From: Bacilli bacterium
GTDB lineage: Bacteria; Bacillota_I; Bacilli_A; ML615J-28; CAG-313
Reading direction: 5' to 3'
DNA: 64,000 bases
Assembly: GCA_900752975.1 (NCBI GenBank)
Contig: CAADXH010000018.1
Coordinates: 46,904-110,903 of the forward strand
Position 1 is the first letter of the stretch. Each line of letters starts with the position of its first letter. The notes under the pieces were generated by a model. That model was not told the DNA's origin. It did not search any database and saw nothing but the letters and a program-made list of their open reading frames with translations. Position numbers and translations under genes: made by a program. Below are positions 1-9,424 of the stretch, piece by piece.

Positions 1-1
1 T

Positions 2-433
2 AGGAATGGTTGGGTTTATCAAAAGAAACAATTAGTTGAAATTCTTCAAAGTGAAAGAATTAATGACCTTTTAAAAACTGGGAATCTTTGTTGTAAAGAA
101 AAAACTGAAAGTATACGTGATGCTTGGGATATTAATACTTTATTCGAACTTTCAATTATAGATTCCAATGTCTCTATAAAAATTCATAAACTTTGGATAG
201 ATGGTAACGATATTCATGCTATAATTTCTCCGATGAATGATGAAATGTATAAAAAGCTTGAACAACAATCTCCTATTTATTTTTCTATTTTAGCATCAGG
301 ATATCTTTGTCTAAATCATTTTGAAAATGTAGATATTAAGATTGTCGATATCGTACATTTTATAAACTTTACAATTGTTGATTTTTGTTTATTTAATGAC
401 CTAGACGGAAAGTTCAAAAGAATATATGAATAA
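2..433 (+). CDS. hypothetical protein; 5'-truncated, the ORF is open from the window edge
   Basis: The frame of the 233..433 ORF stays open back to nt 2 with no stop. A hairpin terminator follows at 440..464. Confidence 0.5.
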   Translation, partial: RNGWVYQKKQLVEILQSERINDLLKTGNLCCKEKTESIRDAWDINTLFELSIIDSNVSIKIHKLWIDGNDIHAIISPMNDEMYKKLEQQSPIYFSILASGYLCLNHFENVDIKIVDIVHFINFTIVDFCLFNDLDGKFKRIYE

Positions 434-439
434 TGAATT

Positions 440-470
440 GGAGAGTAGTGTAATGCTACTCTCCGTTTGT
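440..470 (+). terminator. rho-independent terminator (ggagagtag/ctactctcc stem followed by a T-rich tract)
   Basis: The inverted repeat is read directly. It lies just downstream of the stop at 433. Confidence 0.55.
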
Positions 471-496
471 ATTTTGTCTAAGTTCCGAATTTCACA

Positions 497-569
497 TATA
501 TATTATAATAGTGATAGATAGGATACAGAAAACTGTTATAAAGAAATCGTCCTATCATCGGAGGTAGTT
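497..569 (+). promoter_or_regulatory. conserved ~70-bp promoter and 5' leader cassette (ATATATTATAATAGTGATAGATAGGATACAGAAA...CGGAGG), copy 1
   Basis: It is nearly identical to the reverse complement of 21202..21273. It contains a TATAAT element and an RBS, and lies immediately upstream of the ATG at 570. Confidence 0.6.
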
Positions 570-989
570 ATGTTGTTTACCACTTACATTACAAAGGCAG
601 AATTCGACGCATACGACACAGCATCAAAGAAAGACCAACCAAATATCTTTCATGTTATTACAGACAAGAAAGGAAAAAAATATTTGGTTTGTCATGGAGA
701 CAAAGATATGAAAATGCTCTATAACAACTACAGTTATTATACACCAGATGAAGTCTATGAAAAGGCTATCAGAAAAGGTCTGATAAAAGACGGTGAAAAA
801 ATTAATATTTGTTGTTGTTATGGTGGTTTAATGTCCAAACCGACCAACAAAAATATTACAATTTTAAACACAGAAAAAATCCCACTCTTTATTGAACGTC
901 ATAAGACAAGCAATGGTGATGCAAAACTTGTCATGTTTACAAAAAATAATTTACTAACTAGATTCTGTGCAGCAGTTGCAATGTTCTAA
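570..989 (+). CDS. hypothetical protein; distant third member of the paralog family formed with 20096..20644 and 20674..21201
   Basis: RBS GGAGG. It shares the VC(H/K)G...(I/V)P(L/I)F(I/F) motifs and the conserved leader with paralog A. Confidence 0.55.
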   Translation: MLFTTYITKAEFDAYDTASKKDQPNIFHVITDKKGKKYLVCHGDKDMKMLYNNYSYYTPDEVYEKAIRKGLIKDGEKINICCCYGGLMSKPTNKNITILNTEKIPLFIERHKTSNGDAKLVMFTKNNLLTRFCAAVAMF

Positions 990-996
990 AGAAATA

Positions 997-1028
997 GAAA
1001 CGTATCTTAATGATGCGTTTCTTTTTTG
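997..1028 (+). terminator. rho-independent terminator
   Basis: An 11-bp stem (agaaacgtatc/gatgcgtttct) is followed by TTTTTT. Confidence 0.55.
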
Positions 1029-1071
1029 TCTTACCTGTTCAACTTTAATATAATGAGAGGAGATGATATGA

Positions 1072-2268
1072 ATGGCTAGTGGAAATAATAATATGAATAT
1101 TACATCTGTTATTGATAAAGAGATTTTACCGATTGTTACTAATACTTTATCGAAATCGCTTACGAAATATAAATCTATGATGAGTAAGTTTATGAACAAT
1201 CGTTCTACATCTTTCTATGATACCTTCCCTGCAACTCGTTGTACTTATGGGCAACAAGATGCAGATGAATTGTATGCTGTTTTTGGAAAGTCAGAAAAGG
1301 AACTACAAGAGATTATTAATAAAACTTATTATGCTCAGATTCCTAATTTCAATCCTAGAACTGCAAAGAGTCCAGTAACAGTATTGTCTATTTGTATCAT
1401 TAAGTATTTCCTAACTAAGAATGATAAAAAGAATCTTGACTTAGCGATTATCTATATGTCTTTTTCTGGAGGATTTTATCCTTCTATTCATTATGGCTCT
1501 TATCCTGCTGCTGTACCAGCTGATTATAGATGGGTATGTGATTATGTTGTAAACAACGAATTGTCTAATAAGTTTGATTTGAAGAAAACTGGTTCAGTTG
1601 TTGGAACAATTCAATCTATTGGTAATACTTGGGCAGATGCATATAAGGATAGATTAAAAGGTAAAACTGATGATGAAGAGTATGTATATGTAATCCAACA
1701 GTTGCATATGCGTATTAAATCATTTATTCAGAATACTGCTGAAATATATTATAAGTGTTATCAAAATCGTGAATATCTTACTTATGATAGTGATGATTTA
1801 TCTCAGGATAGTTTTAGAATTACAGAAAACGATAGTACTAAAATTGAAGCAGTTACAGGACGAACAATGACATGGATTACAACACATGATATTGATTATC
1901 GTTTATGCAAGATGTGCTCTGATTCTAATGTAAAGACAGAAGAAATCAAAGCTATCATAGAATCTATTGTAAAGAATACAGATAACATCGATACAGTTAG
2001 AGAGTTGGTATCATTGATTGTTACCAATTATTTTAAGGCTAGTAAAACAAAAGATGTAAGAGATATTGAGTTTATTTCTTTTTCTGTTAAGGCTAAACCA
2101 AATACAAAAGATAAAGATGTATTAAGACAAAACGAAATTGTAGATAAGTTCTTATGTGAGAATAGTATTGCTTATAATCGACGTAAGAGTCGTGAAGCTA
2201 CGAAAAACAGCTATAATCGTGCAATACTTACATATTTTGTATTACTAATTAATCAAGCAAATAAGTAA
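1072..2268 (+). CDS. hypothetical protein (398 aa)
   Basis: Long ORF that heads a three-gene plus-strand block. No motif recognised. Confidence 0.55.
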   Translation: MASGNNNMNITSVIDKEILPIVTNTLSKSLTKYKSMMSKFMNNRSTSFYDTFPATRCTYGQQDADELYAVFGKSEKELQEIINKTYYAQIPNFNPRTAKSPVTVLSICIIKYFLTKNDKKNLDLAIIYMSFSGGFYPSIHYGSYPAAVPADYRWVCDYVVNNELSNKFDLKKTGSVVGTIQSIGNTWADAYKDRLKGKTDDEEYVYVIQQLHMRIKSFIQNTAEIYYKCYQNREYLTYDSDDLSQDSFRITENDSTKIEAVTGRTMTWITTHDIDYRLCKMCSDSNVKTEEIKAIIESIVKNTDNIDTVRELVSLIVTNYFKASKTKDVRDIEFISFSVKAKPNTKDKDVLRQNEIVDKFLCENSIAYNRRKSREATKNSYNRAILTYFVLLINQANK

Positions 2269-2283
2269 AGGGAGGATAGTTAA

Positions 2284-3654
2284 ATGTCGATATTTTGTAA
2301 TGAACATAGTATAGAATCTTATCAAGACAGACAACTTCAGCAAGCAATTAATGAAGCTTATTTCGGACGTAATGCTGGCATTACAAAAGTATATAATGCT
2401 TATTGTGATTGGAGAGAACCACTCATTTCTAAGAGTAAGTATTTCACTGCTACTATTAAGAATGTATATAATGAAGATATGAAATACTTTAGAAAATGTG
2501 TATGTGAACAATTTGGATTTGAAACTTTCTCTTATACTGTTGTCCAATCTGCAACAATAAATTCATTTACAATTACTGAATTCATTCCAACAAGAAATAA
2601 AAATAAATTAGAAATCACTAAAAATGGATATAAGTTTAAAGATGGTTCTAATGTTAATGCTATTGTCGCAGTGTATTCAGATTTAGTATTTAATCCTTAT
2701 TATACGAATGAAGAAAACTTTGCAATATTTCTTCACGAAATAGGACATAATTTTCAAACAGCAGTAAACAAGACAGTATTTTCTTTAACTGCTGCTACTG
2801 GATTGTTTTATGTATTAATTGATTTAATGAGATACGGTCCTATAGAACCAATTGCAAATCTTTTAGTTTCCTCAGATAATACTAAGAAAGTAATAAATAA
2901 TGTATTGAATGACTTATTAGATAATAAAGCAATGCAATGTATTTATACAGTAACCAGTATGTTACTATATGTGGGCACATCTATTAAAAATATTGTACTT
3001 GATATTATACAAATTACAGGTAGACCGGTTGCATTAATTATTGGTGCTTTATATAATTTACTTCCATTTTTATTGGAATTAATAACAGGTAGTCATCTTA
3101 AAAGTTATTATGGTGAAAGATTTGCCGATGGTTTTGCAGCTTCTTATGGATTTGGAGAAGCATTAGCATCTGGTCTAAAAAAGTTTGATGGAATGAATTA
3201 TGCAAGATCTCAAATTATGTCTGATGATATTATGCGTACTCCAATTATTGGTCATCTTTATGTATTAGCTTGTATGCCTGGATTAATGCTTTGGTCTATT
3301 ATTGACTGTCATCCATCTACTGAAGATAGATGCAAGAGTATTATAAAAGACTTAAGATATGACTTGAATGACCCATCTACACCACCTGCACTTAAGAAAC
3401 AACTAGAAAAAGAAATTGACGATTATGAAGCTGCTATGTCAGAATATTTTAAAGAAACAAAGAAGTTTTATAAACCTTCAGCTATTCCGGCTGTAATGCA
3501 GGAATTGATTTACAATAAATTAGGCGGTAGTGCTAAACTTAAGATGTCTGAATTACCATATATGATGAAAGGTGGTTTCAGATCATCCAACTATAATAAC
3601 AATCAAGAATTGAAAGAAGGGTACAACTTTATTTCAAATACTGAAATTGTTTAA
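2284..3654 (+). CDS. putative membrane-associated zinc metallopeptidase (HEIGH motif)
   Basis: RBS GGGAGG. It has the HExxH motif FLHEIGHNF followed by several long hydrophobic segments. Confidence 0.45.
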   Translation: MSIFCNEHSIESYQDRQLQQAINEAYFGRNAGITKVYNAYCDWREPLISKSKYFTATIKNVYNEDMKYFRKCVCEQFGFETFSYTVVQSATINSFTITEFIPTRNKNKLEITKNGYKFKDGSNVNAIVAVYSDLVFNPYYTNEENFAIFLHEIGHNFQTAVNKTVFSLTAATGLFYVLIDLMRYGPIEPIANLLVSSDNTKKVINNVLNDLLDNKAMQCIYTVTSMLLYVGTSIKNIVLDIIQITGRPVALIIGALYNLLPFLLELITGSHLKSYYGERFADGFAASYGFGEALASGLKKFDGMNYARSQIMSDDIMRTPIIGHLYVLACMPGLMLWSIIDCHPSTEDRCKSIIKDLRYDLNDPSTPPALKKQLEKEIDDYEAAMSEYFKETKKFYKPSAIPAVMQELIYNKLGGSAKLKMSELPYMMKGGFRSSNYNNNQELKEGYNFISNTEIV

Positions 3655-3668
3655 GGAGGGTTAATAAC

Positions 3669-4529
3669 ATGTGGAATGATTTATTTTTTCTAAATGAATC
3701 TGATGATGACGAAGAAAAGAAGAAGAATGATGAAAAAAAGGATGAAGAAGAAAAAGAAGATAAGAAGGAAGAAGAGAAATCTGAAAAGAAAAAAGATAAA
3801 GATGATGACGACAGTAGTGATGACTTTAATGACCTGAATCTAATGGGTAATGATGACGATATTGAATCTGATGTTGATGATACAGACTCAGAAATGAATG
3901 ATTTAGGACTTGGTGGTGACGACTCGTCTACAACTGATGATATTACTGATAATGATTCGGACTTTAATGCTCTTCTTGTTGTAGGAGATAGTGATAGTTC
4001 CGATAGCTGTTGCGGTGGAGAAGACCCTGTATATGAAAAAGCTTTAAAATGTGCATATGCCACTACAATATTTATGATGAATCTTAAGTATATTGGTATT
4101 AATGCTGTTGGTGAAAGATTGGAAGAAATCAGACGTAAGTGTACTGATTGGTACTATTCTATTGAAGGCTTCTCTTCTACATTATATTCATATGCTTCCG
4201 AATCTATGTCAATTGATATTGACAATCCGATTCGTGCAAAAGAACATTGTGAGGGTATGACAATTGCTGATGAAAAACAATATGATTATTTTGATGCTTT
4301 GAAAATGATTGATACAAATATTGGTGAATTGTTACAATATCTCAAATGTTTATCTGGAATGTCTGACAGAAAAGATATTACTGATAGTTGTAATTTAATT
4401 ATCGGAAATCTTGAGAAAGAATCTAGATGTACAATTAAGAGAGTTCTTTGTGGTAAATCATCTTCTTGTTTCGAAGATGAAAATAAAGTTGCTACAACAG
4501 AAGGATATAATTTTAATCGTTTGTTTTAA
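3669..4529 (+). CDS. highly acidic, disordered D/E/K-rich protein with a Cys-rich C-terminal domain
   Basis: RBS GGAGGG. The N-terminal ~110 aa are almost entirely D/E/K/S low complexity; the C-terminal ~170 aa are globular. Confidence 0.6.
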   Translation: MWNDLFFLNESDDDEEKKKNDEKKDEEEKEDKKEEEKSEKKKDKDDDDSSDDFNDLNLMGNDDDIESDVDDTDSEMNDLGLGGDDSSTTDDITDNDSDFNALLVVGDSDSSDSCCGGEDPVYEKALKCAYATTIFMMNLKYIGINAVGERLEEIRRKCTDWYYSIEGFSSTLYSYASESMSIDIDNPIRAKEHCEGMTIADEKQYDYFDALKMIDTNIGELLQYLKCLSGMSDRKDITDSCNLIIGNLEKESRCTIKRVLCGKSSSCFEDENKVATTEGYNFNRLF

Positions 4530-4540
4530 GAAAGACAAGT

Positions 4541-4575
4541 CCCAGAGGACATGAATCCTCTGGGATAATATTTTT
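4541..4575. terminator. bidirectional hairpin terminator between convergent genes
   Basis: cccagagga/tcctctggg stem with T-runs on both sides. Confidence 0.6.
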
Positions 4576-4579
4576 ATTT

Positions 4580-5110
4580 TTAATCAAGTGTAGTCCACTT
4601 CGGGCATGGATTGCTTACCTTTAATCCTTCATGAGCAGGAATTGTAGTTTCATTCTTTTCATATCTCGGAGAACCATCATCATTTACACCAACCTTCATT
4701 GGGAATTTCTTCTGAGCTTCCGGAATTTCTTTTAATTGAATAGAGATGTCAGACTTTTCAGTTGCACCAAGATTAATCTTTCTTCCTGTTCTGAGAGCAC
4801 AATTCATAAAGTCTTTAGACAAGGTTACCATTGTACTTGCATCGTTTTTCTTTACTTCATAACTATCTACAATTGAACAAGCCTCTACTTTAGGCATCTT
4901 AGTTGTAGATGCAATAATACCAGCAACCATTTCTCTATATTCTGTTGCTGGACAGTGTGTTTCTTGTGATGACCAATCTTTAACAACAAAGTTTCTGTCA
5001 TTGAGCATTGCTCTCATAACAGTTTCTTCATCACGTCTTGATGCTGATTTCTGTTTCAGATTTTCTTTGATATCACTAATCAGTTCCTGTACATTTACAT
5101 TGTTTTCCAT
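4580..5110 (-). CDS. hypothetical protein (176 aa)
   Basis: RBS AGGAGG is present in the reverse complement just upstream. Confidence 0.55.
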   Translation of the reverse strand: MENNVNVQELISDIKENLKQKSASRRDEETVMRAMLNDRNFVVKDWSSQETHCPATEYREMVAGIIASTTKMPKVEACSIVDSYEVKKNDASTMVTLSKDFMNCALRTGRKINLGATEKSDISIQLKEIPEAQKKFPMKVGVNDDGSPRYEKNETTIPAHEGLKVSNPCPKWTTLD

Positions 5111-5127
5111 TGTTAGTTCCTCCTGGA

Positions 5128-5289
5128 TTATTTATTATTAGTCGTTTTCTTTCTAGGATTTATATTATCCCATTGGAAAACGAATAATTGGTCATTTGAA
5201 TTGTTTTTTCCATTCTTCTTAATATACTCTTGAATATCATCTTCTGTCATTGACATTAACTTGTCAATGAATTTTTCTTTAGATTCCAT
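5128..5289 (-). CDS. small hypothetical protein (start moved to MESKE)
   Basis: AGGAGG lies 6 nt upstream of the ATG at 5289. The ORF-track start at 5346 has no RBS. Confidence 0.4.
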   Translation of the reverse strand: MESKEKFIDKLMSMTEDDIQEYIKKNGKNNSNDQLFVFQWDNINPRKKTTNNK

Positions 5290-5386
5290 ATCTAACCTCC
5301 TAATTATTTTATAGATATGTTTAAGAAGTGGTAAAATCATACCCATTGCGTTCTTTTAAACATTATTATAAAAGGAGGTTGATAGT

Positions 5387-6157
5387 ATGATTAATGAAAG
5401 TTCTATCATGGGAATTCAACCAAATGAAATTGATGTAGTGAAGATACCAAAAGAAATCCCACCTATGGATATTGAAGATTATGATTTATTAGATGATAAA
5501 GATAGAGAAAAGTATATTAAAGACTTAGAAAGAGAAGTACGCTCATCTTATGAATATCGAGCAATGATTCAATATTTAAGAGAATATATGAATATGAATT
5601 CTTGTGCCTTTATGCCAAATATTTCTAATGATACTACTAGAAGAATTAGAATTGAGATACATCATTCTCCATTTACATTAAGAGATATCTGTGTTACAGT
5701 TATCAATAAGAGAATGAAGACTGGTGAGCCTTTAACAACAGAATCTATAGCATATGAAGTTATGTATATTCATTATTCGTTAATGGTTGGTTTAATTCCA
5801 TTATCTGAAACTGTACATCAATTAGTACATACACAATATATATTCATTCCAGTAGATAAAGTATATGGATATTATAAGAACTTTGTACAAACTTATCGAG
5901 ATTTTATCGATCCAGAATTGCTAGACAAACTTGATGAATTAGAAAAACTTACAATTGCTGGTACATATAATGATTCTTATAAAGAAATACTTGAAAAGAA
6001 GTACATCACAATTGATATGGAAGGAAATGACCAAATTAATCAATTACATGATTTACAAGAAACGCTGAAACAGAGATTAGGAGAACTTAGAGGAGAACCA
6101 CAAACTCCAAATCAAGATTTTTCTAATTCCCCAATACTTCATCCACAGAATATATAA
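5387..6157 (+). CDS. hypothetical protein (256 aa)
   Basis: RBS AAAGGAGG. Followed by the inverted repeat at 6164..6198. Confidence 0.55.
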   Translation: MINESSIMGIQPNEIDVVKIPKEIPPMDIEDYDLLDDKDREKYIKDLEREVRSSYEYRAMIQYLREYMNMNSCAFMPNISNDTTRRIRIEIHHSPFTLRDICVTVINKRMKTGEPLTTESIAYEVMYIHYSLMVGLIPLSETVHQLVHTQYIFIPVDKVYGYYKNFVQTYRDFIDPELLDKLDELEKLTIAGTYNDSYKEILEKKYITIDMEGNDQINQLHDLQETLKQRLGELRGEPQTPNQDFSNSPILHPQNI

Positions 6158-6163
6158 GACAGC

Positions 6164-6198
6164 AGATATCCTCATAGGAATCAACCTATGAGGATATT
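6164..6198 (+). terminator. hairpin (atatcctcatagg/cctatgaggatat)
   Basis: A 13-bp inverted repeat after the stop. The T-run is weak. Confidence 0.4.
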
Positions 6199-6261
6199 GC
6201 TTCATACGATTAAATACTATAACATGTAATTACCTTAGGGAGGAGAACCCCTGGTTGGGAT

Positions 6262-6337
6262 AACTGGATTTGAACCAGTGGAATGACGGAGTCAAAGTCC
6301 GTTGCCTTACCGCTTGGCTATATCCCATCATTTATTT
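6262..6337 (-). tRNA. tRNA-Gln (anticodon UUG), 76 nt with encoded CCA
   Basis: Folded by hand: 7-bp acceptor stem, TTCAAAT T-loop on a 5-bp stem, and anticodon stem ACGGA/TCCGT with loop CTTTGAC. The D-stem is only 3 bp. Confidence 0.7.
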
Positions 6338-6360
6338 TACTTATAAGTTAGTGTTGTTAT

Positions 6361-6400
6361 AAAAAATAAACAGGCGGATTTATTCCGCCTGCCATTTTCT
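6361..6400. terminator. bidirectional hairpin terminator (caggcgga/tccgcctg)
   Basis: A GC-rich stem flanked by an A-run and a T-run. It lies downstream of the minus-strand gene 6423..6857. Confidence 0.6.
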
Positions 6401-6422
6401 TCCAATTTGATATGTAAAGAGA

Positions 6423-6857
6423 TTAGCAGTTTCTATCTGCTAATGTGAGTCTAGAAATTTCTTTTATCTTAATTGCTCCATCACTTAATTCATAATAACC
6501 ATTCATCTTAATCACAGGCTGATTAAGTTTAGAGAAGTATAAAGAATCGATAACTTCAATTTCCAAAAAATCATCCCCTTTATTATCTCTCATGTATCTA
6601 AGAACTTTTGCTACAATTCTATCACCATCATCAGGATATTCTGATAAATGATAAGACCCTTCATAGTTCACCTTATTATCTGGATGATTTGGGTCAACAC
6701 TTCTAGGCTCATAGATATATAACAATAATTTGTTTGAAATGTCTTTGAATAAGTTTGTCCGAACCTCATCAAAGTTAGAGATAGAAATACCTTTCAAGAG
6801 ATATTCCATATTGCTCTTGGTCATAAAGAACTTAACAATTGCTTTTGTTTCTTTCAT
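6423..6857 (-). CDS. hypothetical protein (144 aa)
   Basis: RBS GGAGG in the reverse complement. Confidence 0.55.
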   Translation of the reverse strand: MKETKAIVKFFMTKSNMEYLLKGISISNFDEVRTNLFKDISNKLLLYIYEPRSVDPNHPDNKVNYEGSYHLSEYPDDGDRIVAKVLRYMRDNKGDDFLEIEVIDSLYFSKLNQPVIKMNGYYELSDGAIKIKEISRLTLADRNC

Positions 6858-6919
6858 TTGTAATATCCTCCTTAAATAAGTATGAAGTCATCACCAAATG
6901 AATTGGTGATGACAACATT

Positions 6920-9295
6920 TTAGTTCTGATTCAACATTACTTCAACTACTTCTCCACCCTTAATCATCTTAACACCTGTGCTAATACTTGTTCCATCAGG
7001 AATTGTATTAACTGGAATATTAAATGTTTCACCGGTTGGAGCAGTTACGATGCTAAGAACATTATTCTGCTTAACACCATAAATCGATACGATGTTGTCA
7101 GTCTTACCAAGTTTGATTACATTACTTCCAGCTTTTCCACGTCCCTTCTGAACACAATCCGGAATTACCTTGTTAATATAACCATTCTTTGTAATTACTA
7201 CAATATTCTTAAAGTCCTTGCAAACTCCGCACATTCCTTCAACCTTGGTTGTCTTACTGGACATAGAAATGCATCCTCTAGAGTTTCTTTTCAAAATTGG
7301 AATTTCATTAATGTCAATTCTTAAAGCTTTCTTGTTTCCATATACAATAACATCCATAGTATTGTTAAACAATAGCATATCGATAATTCTATCGTCGCCA
7401 TCCAATTTACAATATACAAGACCGCTTGTAGGTACACTAAGGAAATCAGTTGTTGTCATTCTCTTAATGAAACCATCTTTTGTTAGAGTTACAATGAAGC
7501 CCTTATTATAATGCTCCATAATAACATCGTAAACAACTGCTGTTATCTTAGAATTGATATATTTATTAATCAATCTGATATCAACACCGTTTGAATTTTT
7601 ATCAGCAAATGGAACCTTACTAATCGGAATGTTGTATACCTTACCGAATTCATCAAATAATAAGATTCCTCGACTATTATCACCAACAACGACAAATTTT
7701 ACATTATCATTTTTCGGCTTAGTAATCGGATCATTTACACCAATCTTCTTAATAAAGTTTCCTTCAGTAAGAACAATCTTGAACGTACCAGCAGTTATAC
7801 CATTCACTTCAGATTCTGAAATCAACTTGCATACTCTAGGTTGTCCATACTTTGCTCTAATCTCTAGCAATTCATCAATAATAACTTGTTCAATTGCTCC
7901 ATCTGTCATAATAATGTTAGTATACATAGAAATCTCATCATTGAGCGACTTTTCTTCTTTCTTGAATACATTGTAATATCCTTTAGATAATTTCTTAAGC
8001 TCACAATTGATAAAGAACTTCGCTTGAATATCAGTGATTTTACATTTCTTAATTAGAAGTTCGATAAGAACATTATCATCAGTTGTCTTATTACTTTTGA
8101 TAATATTAATGATATCATCTGAAATTCCCTTCTCCATTGCCATTACATAATTACCAATTACGTGTAACCGTGTCATATCCTTTTGAAGTTTGTTTTCATA
8201 ATATCTTAACTTTGTCAACTTTCTAAAGTCAATCCATGCTTGTAGATATCCTTTATAAGAAAGTCTTTTTGTTAAGTGTTCTTTATCATTAATATCAAGA
8301 ACTTTAAGATTTACTCTTGCTGTCTGCATAAGATTTGTGTTCTTATAAATCTCATTTCTGACATAGTTTGGATCAGTTCCTGGTTTTAGAACAATAACAA
8401 ATCTCATTTGAGTTTTAGTTGATTGTTCCTCCATATCAATGATACCAATAATCTTATTCTTCTTAATCATTTCTATCAAACGATTAATCGCTGTCTCTAG
8501 AAATGTTAGATTCGGACAAGATTTGATAACAAGTGTCTGACAGTCCTTGTATTTCTTTTCAACACCAGAATATGGTTCGATATCAATGATACCTCTTACT
8601 TTGTAATTACCATATCCTTTTGCATTGATATCAGCCCAATCAGTATCTACAATTTCACAAGACTGACAGTGGTCTGGAATTAATACAATCTTTGCTTTTG
8701 GATTCTTAATCAAAGCAATTGTAGCATCGATTACTTCATTGATATTGTGAGTAGGTACGTCTACTTTATCACCTACACTAATACCAGTACAACCATTAAT
8801 CAATAATAATGGTACTTTACAAGGAAGAAAACTCGGTTCTAATTTAGAATCATCATAGTTTGGTTCCCAATCTACGACTTCTTTAAAAGATGTCAGTTCA
8901 TCAAGAATACATTCCTGTGCAAACTTACTAAGTTTTACTTCCGTATAACGATAAGATGCAGGATTGTTTTCATAAGTGTTACCAAAGTTACCCTGACCAT
9001 CAAACAATGGAATCTTTGTTTGAAACCAGTTTGTTAACGTACACAATGCACCGTAGATACTGGAGTCACCATGTGGGTGAAACTCACCCATTGTTGAACC
9101 AACAATATTTGCACATTTTCTGTTGACCAACGCATTGTTTACAAACTTTGCTGTATAGACAATTCTTCTCTGTACAGGTTTTAAACCATCTCTTAGTTCA
9201 GGTGTGGTTCGATGTCTTTCAACATATAAGGCATATTCCTTATAGTCTTTCATAAACTGCGTATTTGCCTTCACATCAATAATCTTCTCAGGCAT
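6920..9295 (-). CDS. type IIA DNA topoisomerase subunit A (GyrA/ParC-like)
   Basis: Motifs KPVQRRIVYTA, HPHGDSSIYGAL and the active-site Tyr context ASYRYTEVKLS. RBS AGGAGG. Confidence 0.85.
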   Translation of the reverse strand: MPEKIIDVKANTQFMKDYKEYALYVERHRTTPELRDGLKPVQRRIVYTAKFVNNALVNRKCANIVGSTMGEFHPHGDSSIYGALCTLTNWFQTKIPLFDGQGNFGNTYENNPASYRYTEVKLSKFAQECILDELTSFKEVVDWEPNYDDSKLEPSFLPCKVPLLLINGCTGISVGDKVDVPTHNINEVIDATIALIKNPKAKIVLIPDHCQSCEIVDTDWADINAKGYGNYKVRGIIDIEPYSGVEKKYKDCQTLVIKSCPNLTFLETAINRLIEMIKKNKIIGIIDMEEQSTKTQMRFVIVLKPGTDPNYVRNEIYKNTNLMQTARVNLKVLDINDKEHLTKRLSYKGYLQAWIDFRKLTKLRYYENKLQKDMTRLHVIGNYVMAMEKGISDDIINIIKSNKTTDDNVLIELLIKKCKITDIQAKFFINCELKKLSKGYYNVFKKEEKSLNDEISMYTNIIMTDGAIEQVIIDELLEIRAKYGQPRVCKLISESEVNGITAGTFKIVLTEGNFIKKIGVNDPITKPKNDNVKFVVVGDNSRGILLFDEFGKVYNIPISKVPFADKNSNGVDIRLINKYINSKITAVVYDVIMEHYNKGFIVTLTKDGFIKRMTTTDFLSVPTSGLVYCKLDGDDRIIDMLLFNNTMDVIVYGNKKALRIDINEIPILKRNSRGCISMSSKTTKVEGMCGVCKDFKNIVVITKNGYINKVIPDCVQKGRGKAGSNVIKLGKTDNIVSIYGVKQNNVLSIVTAPTGETFNIPVNTIPDGTSISTGVKMIKGGEVVEVMLNQN

Positions 9296-9340
9296 GCTAT
9301 TACCTCCTATAATTTTATTTATTAAGCTGTTGTGTGCTTA

Positions 9341-9360
9341 ATCAATATTATAATATATAG
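9341..9360 (-). promoter_or_regulatory. promoter-like element TATAATATTGA upstream of the topoisomerase A gene
   Basis: Member of the recurrent TATAATA(G/T)TGAA motif family, about 45 nt upstream of the start. Confidence 0.4.
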
Positions 9361-9374
9361 ATATATCAAAATTT

Positions 9375-9404
9375 CCTCTCTACAGGACTTAACCCGTAGA
9401 GAGG
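9375..9404 (-). terminator. hairpin terminator after 9425..9904
   Basis: cctctctac/gtagagagg stem. Confidence 0.5.
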
Positions 9405-9424
9405 AGAGGGATGATAAGAGATAA

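Noticed and set aside
3629-4063. 144-aa minus-strand ORF, Ser-rich, antisense to the acidic protein gene
   Set aside because: It is the mirror image of the GAA/GAT-rich codons of the plus-strand gene and has no RBS. It is a compositional artefact.
7218-7976. Plus-strand ORFs (97 aa and 140 aa) inside the topoisomerase A gene
   Set aside because: They are antisense to a well-supported conserved gene, lack an RBS, and are hydrophobic junk typical of reverse-frame AT-rich DNA.
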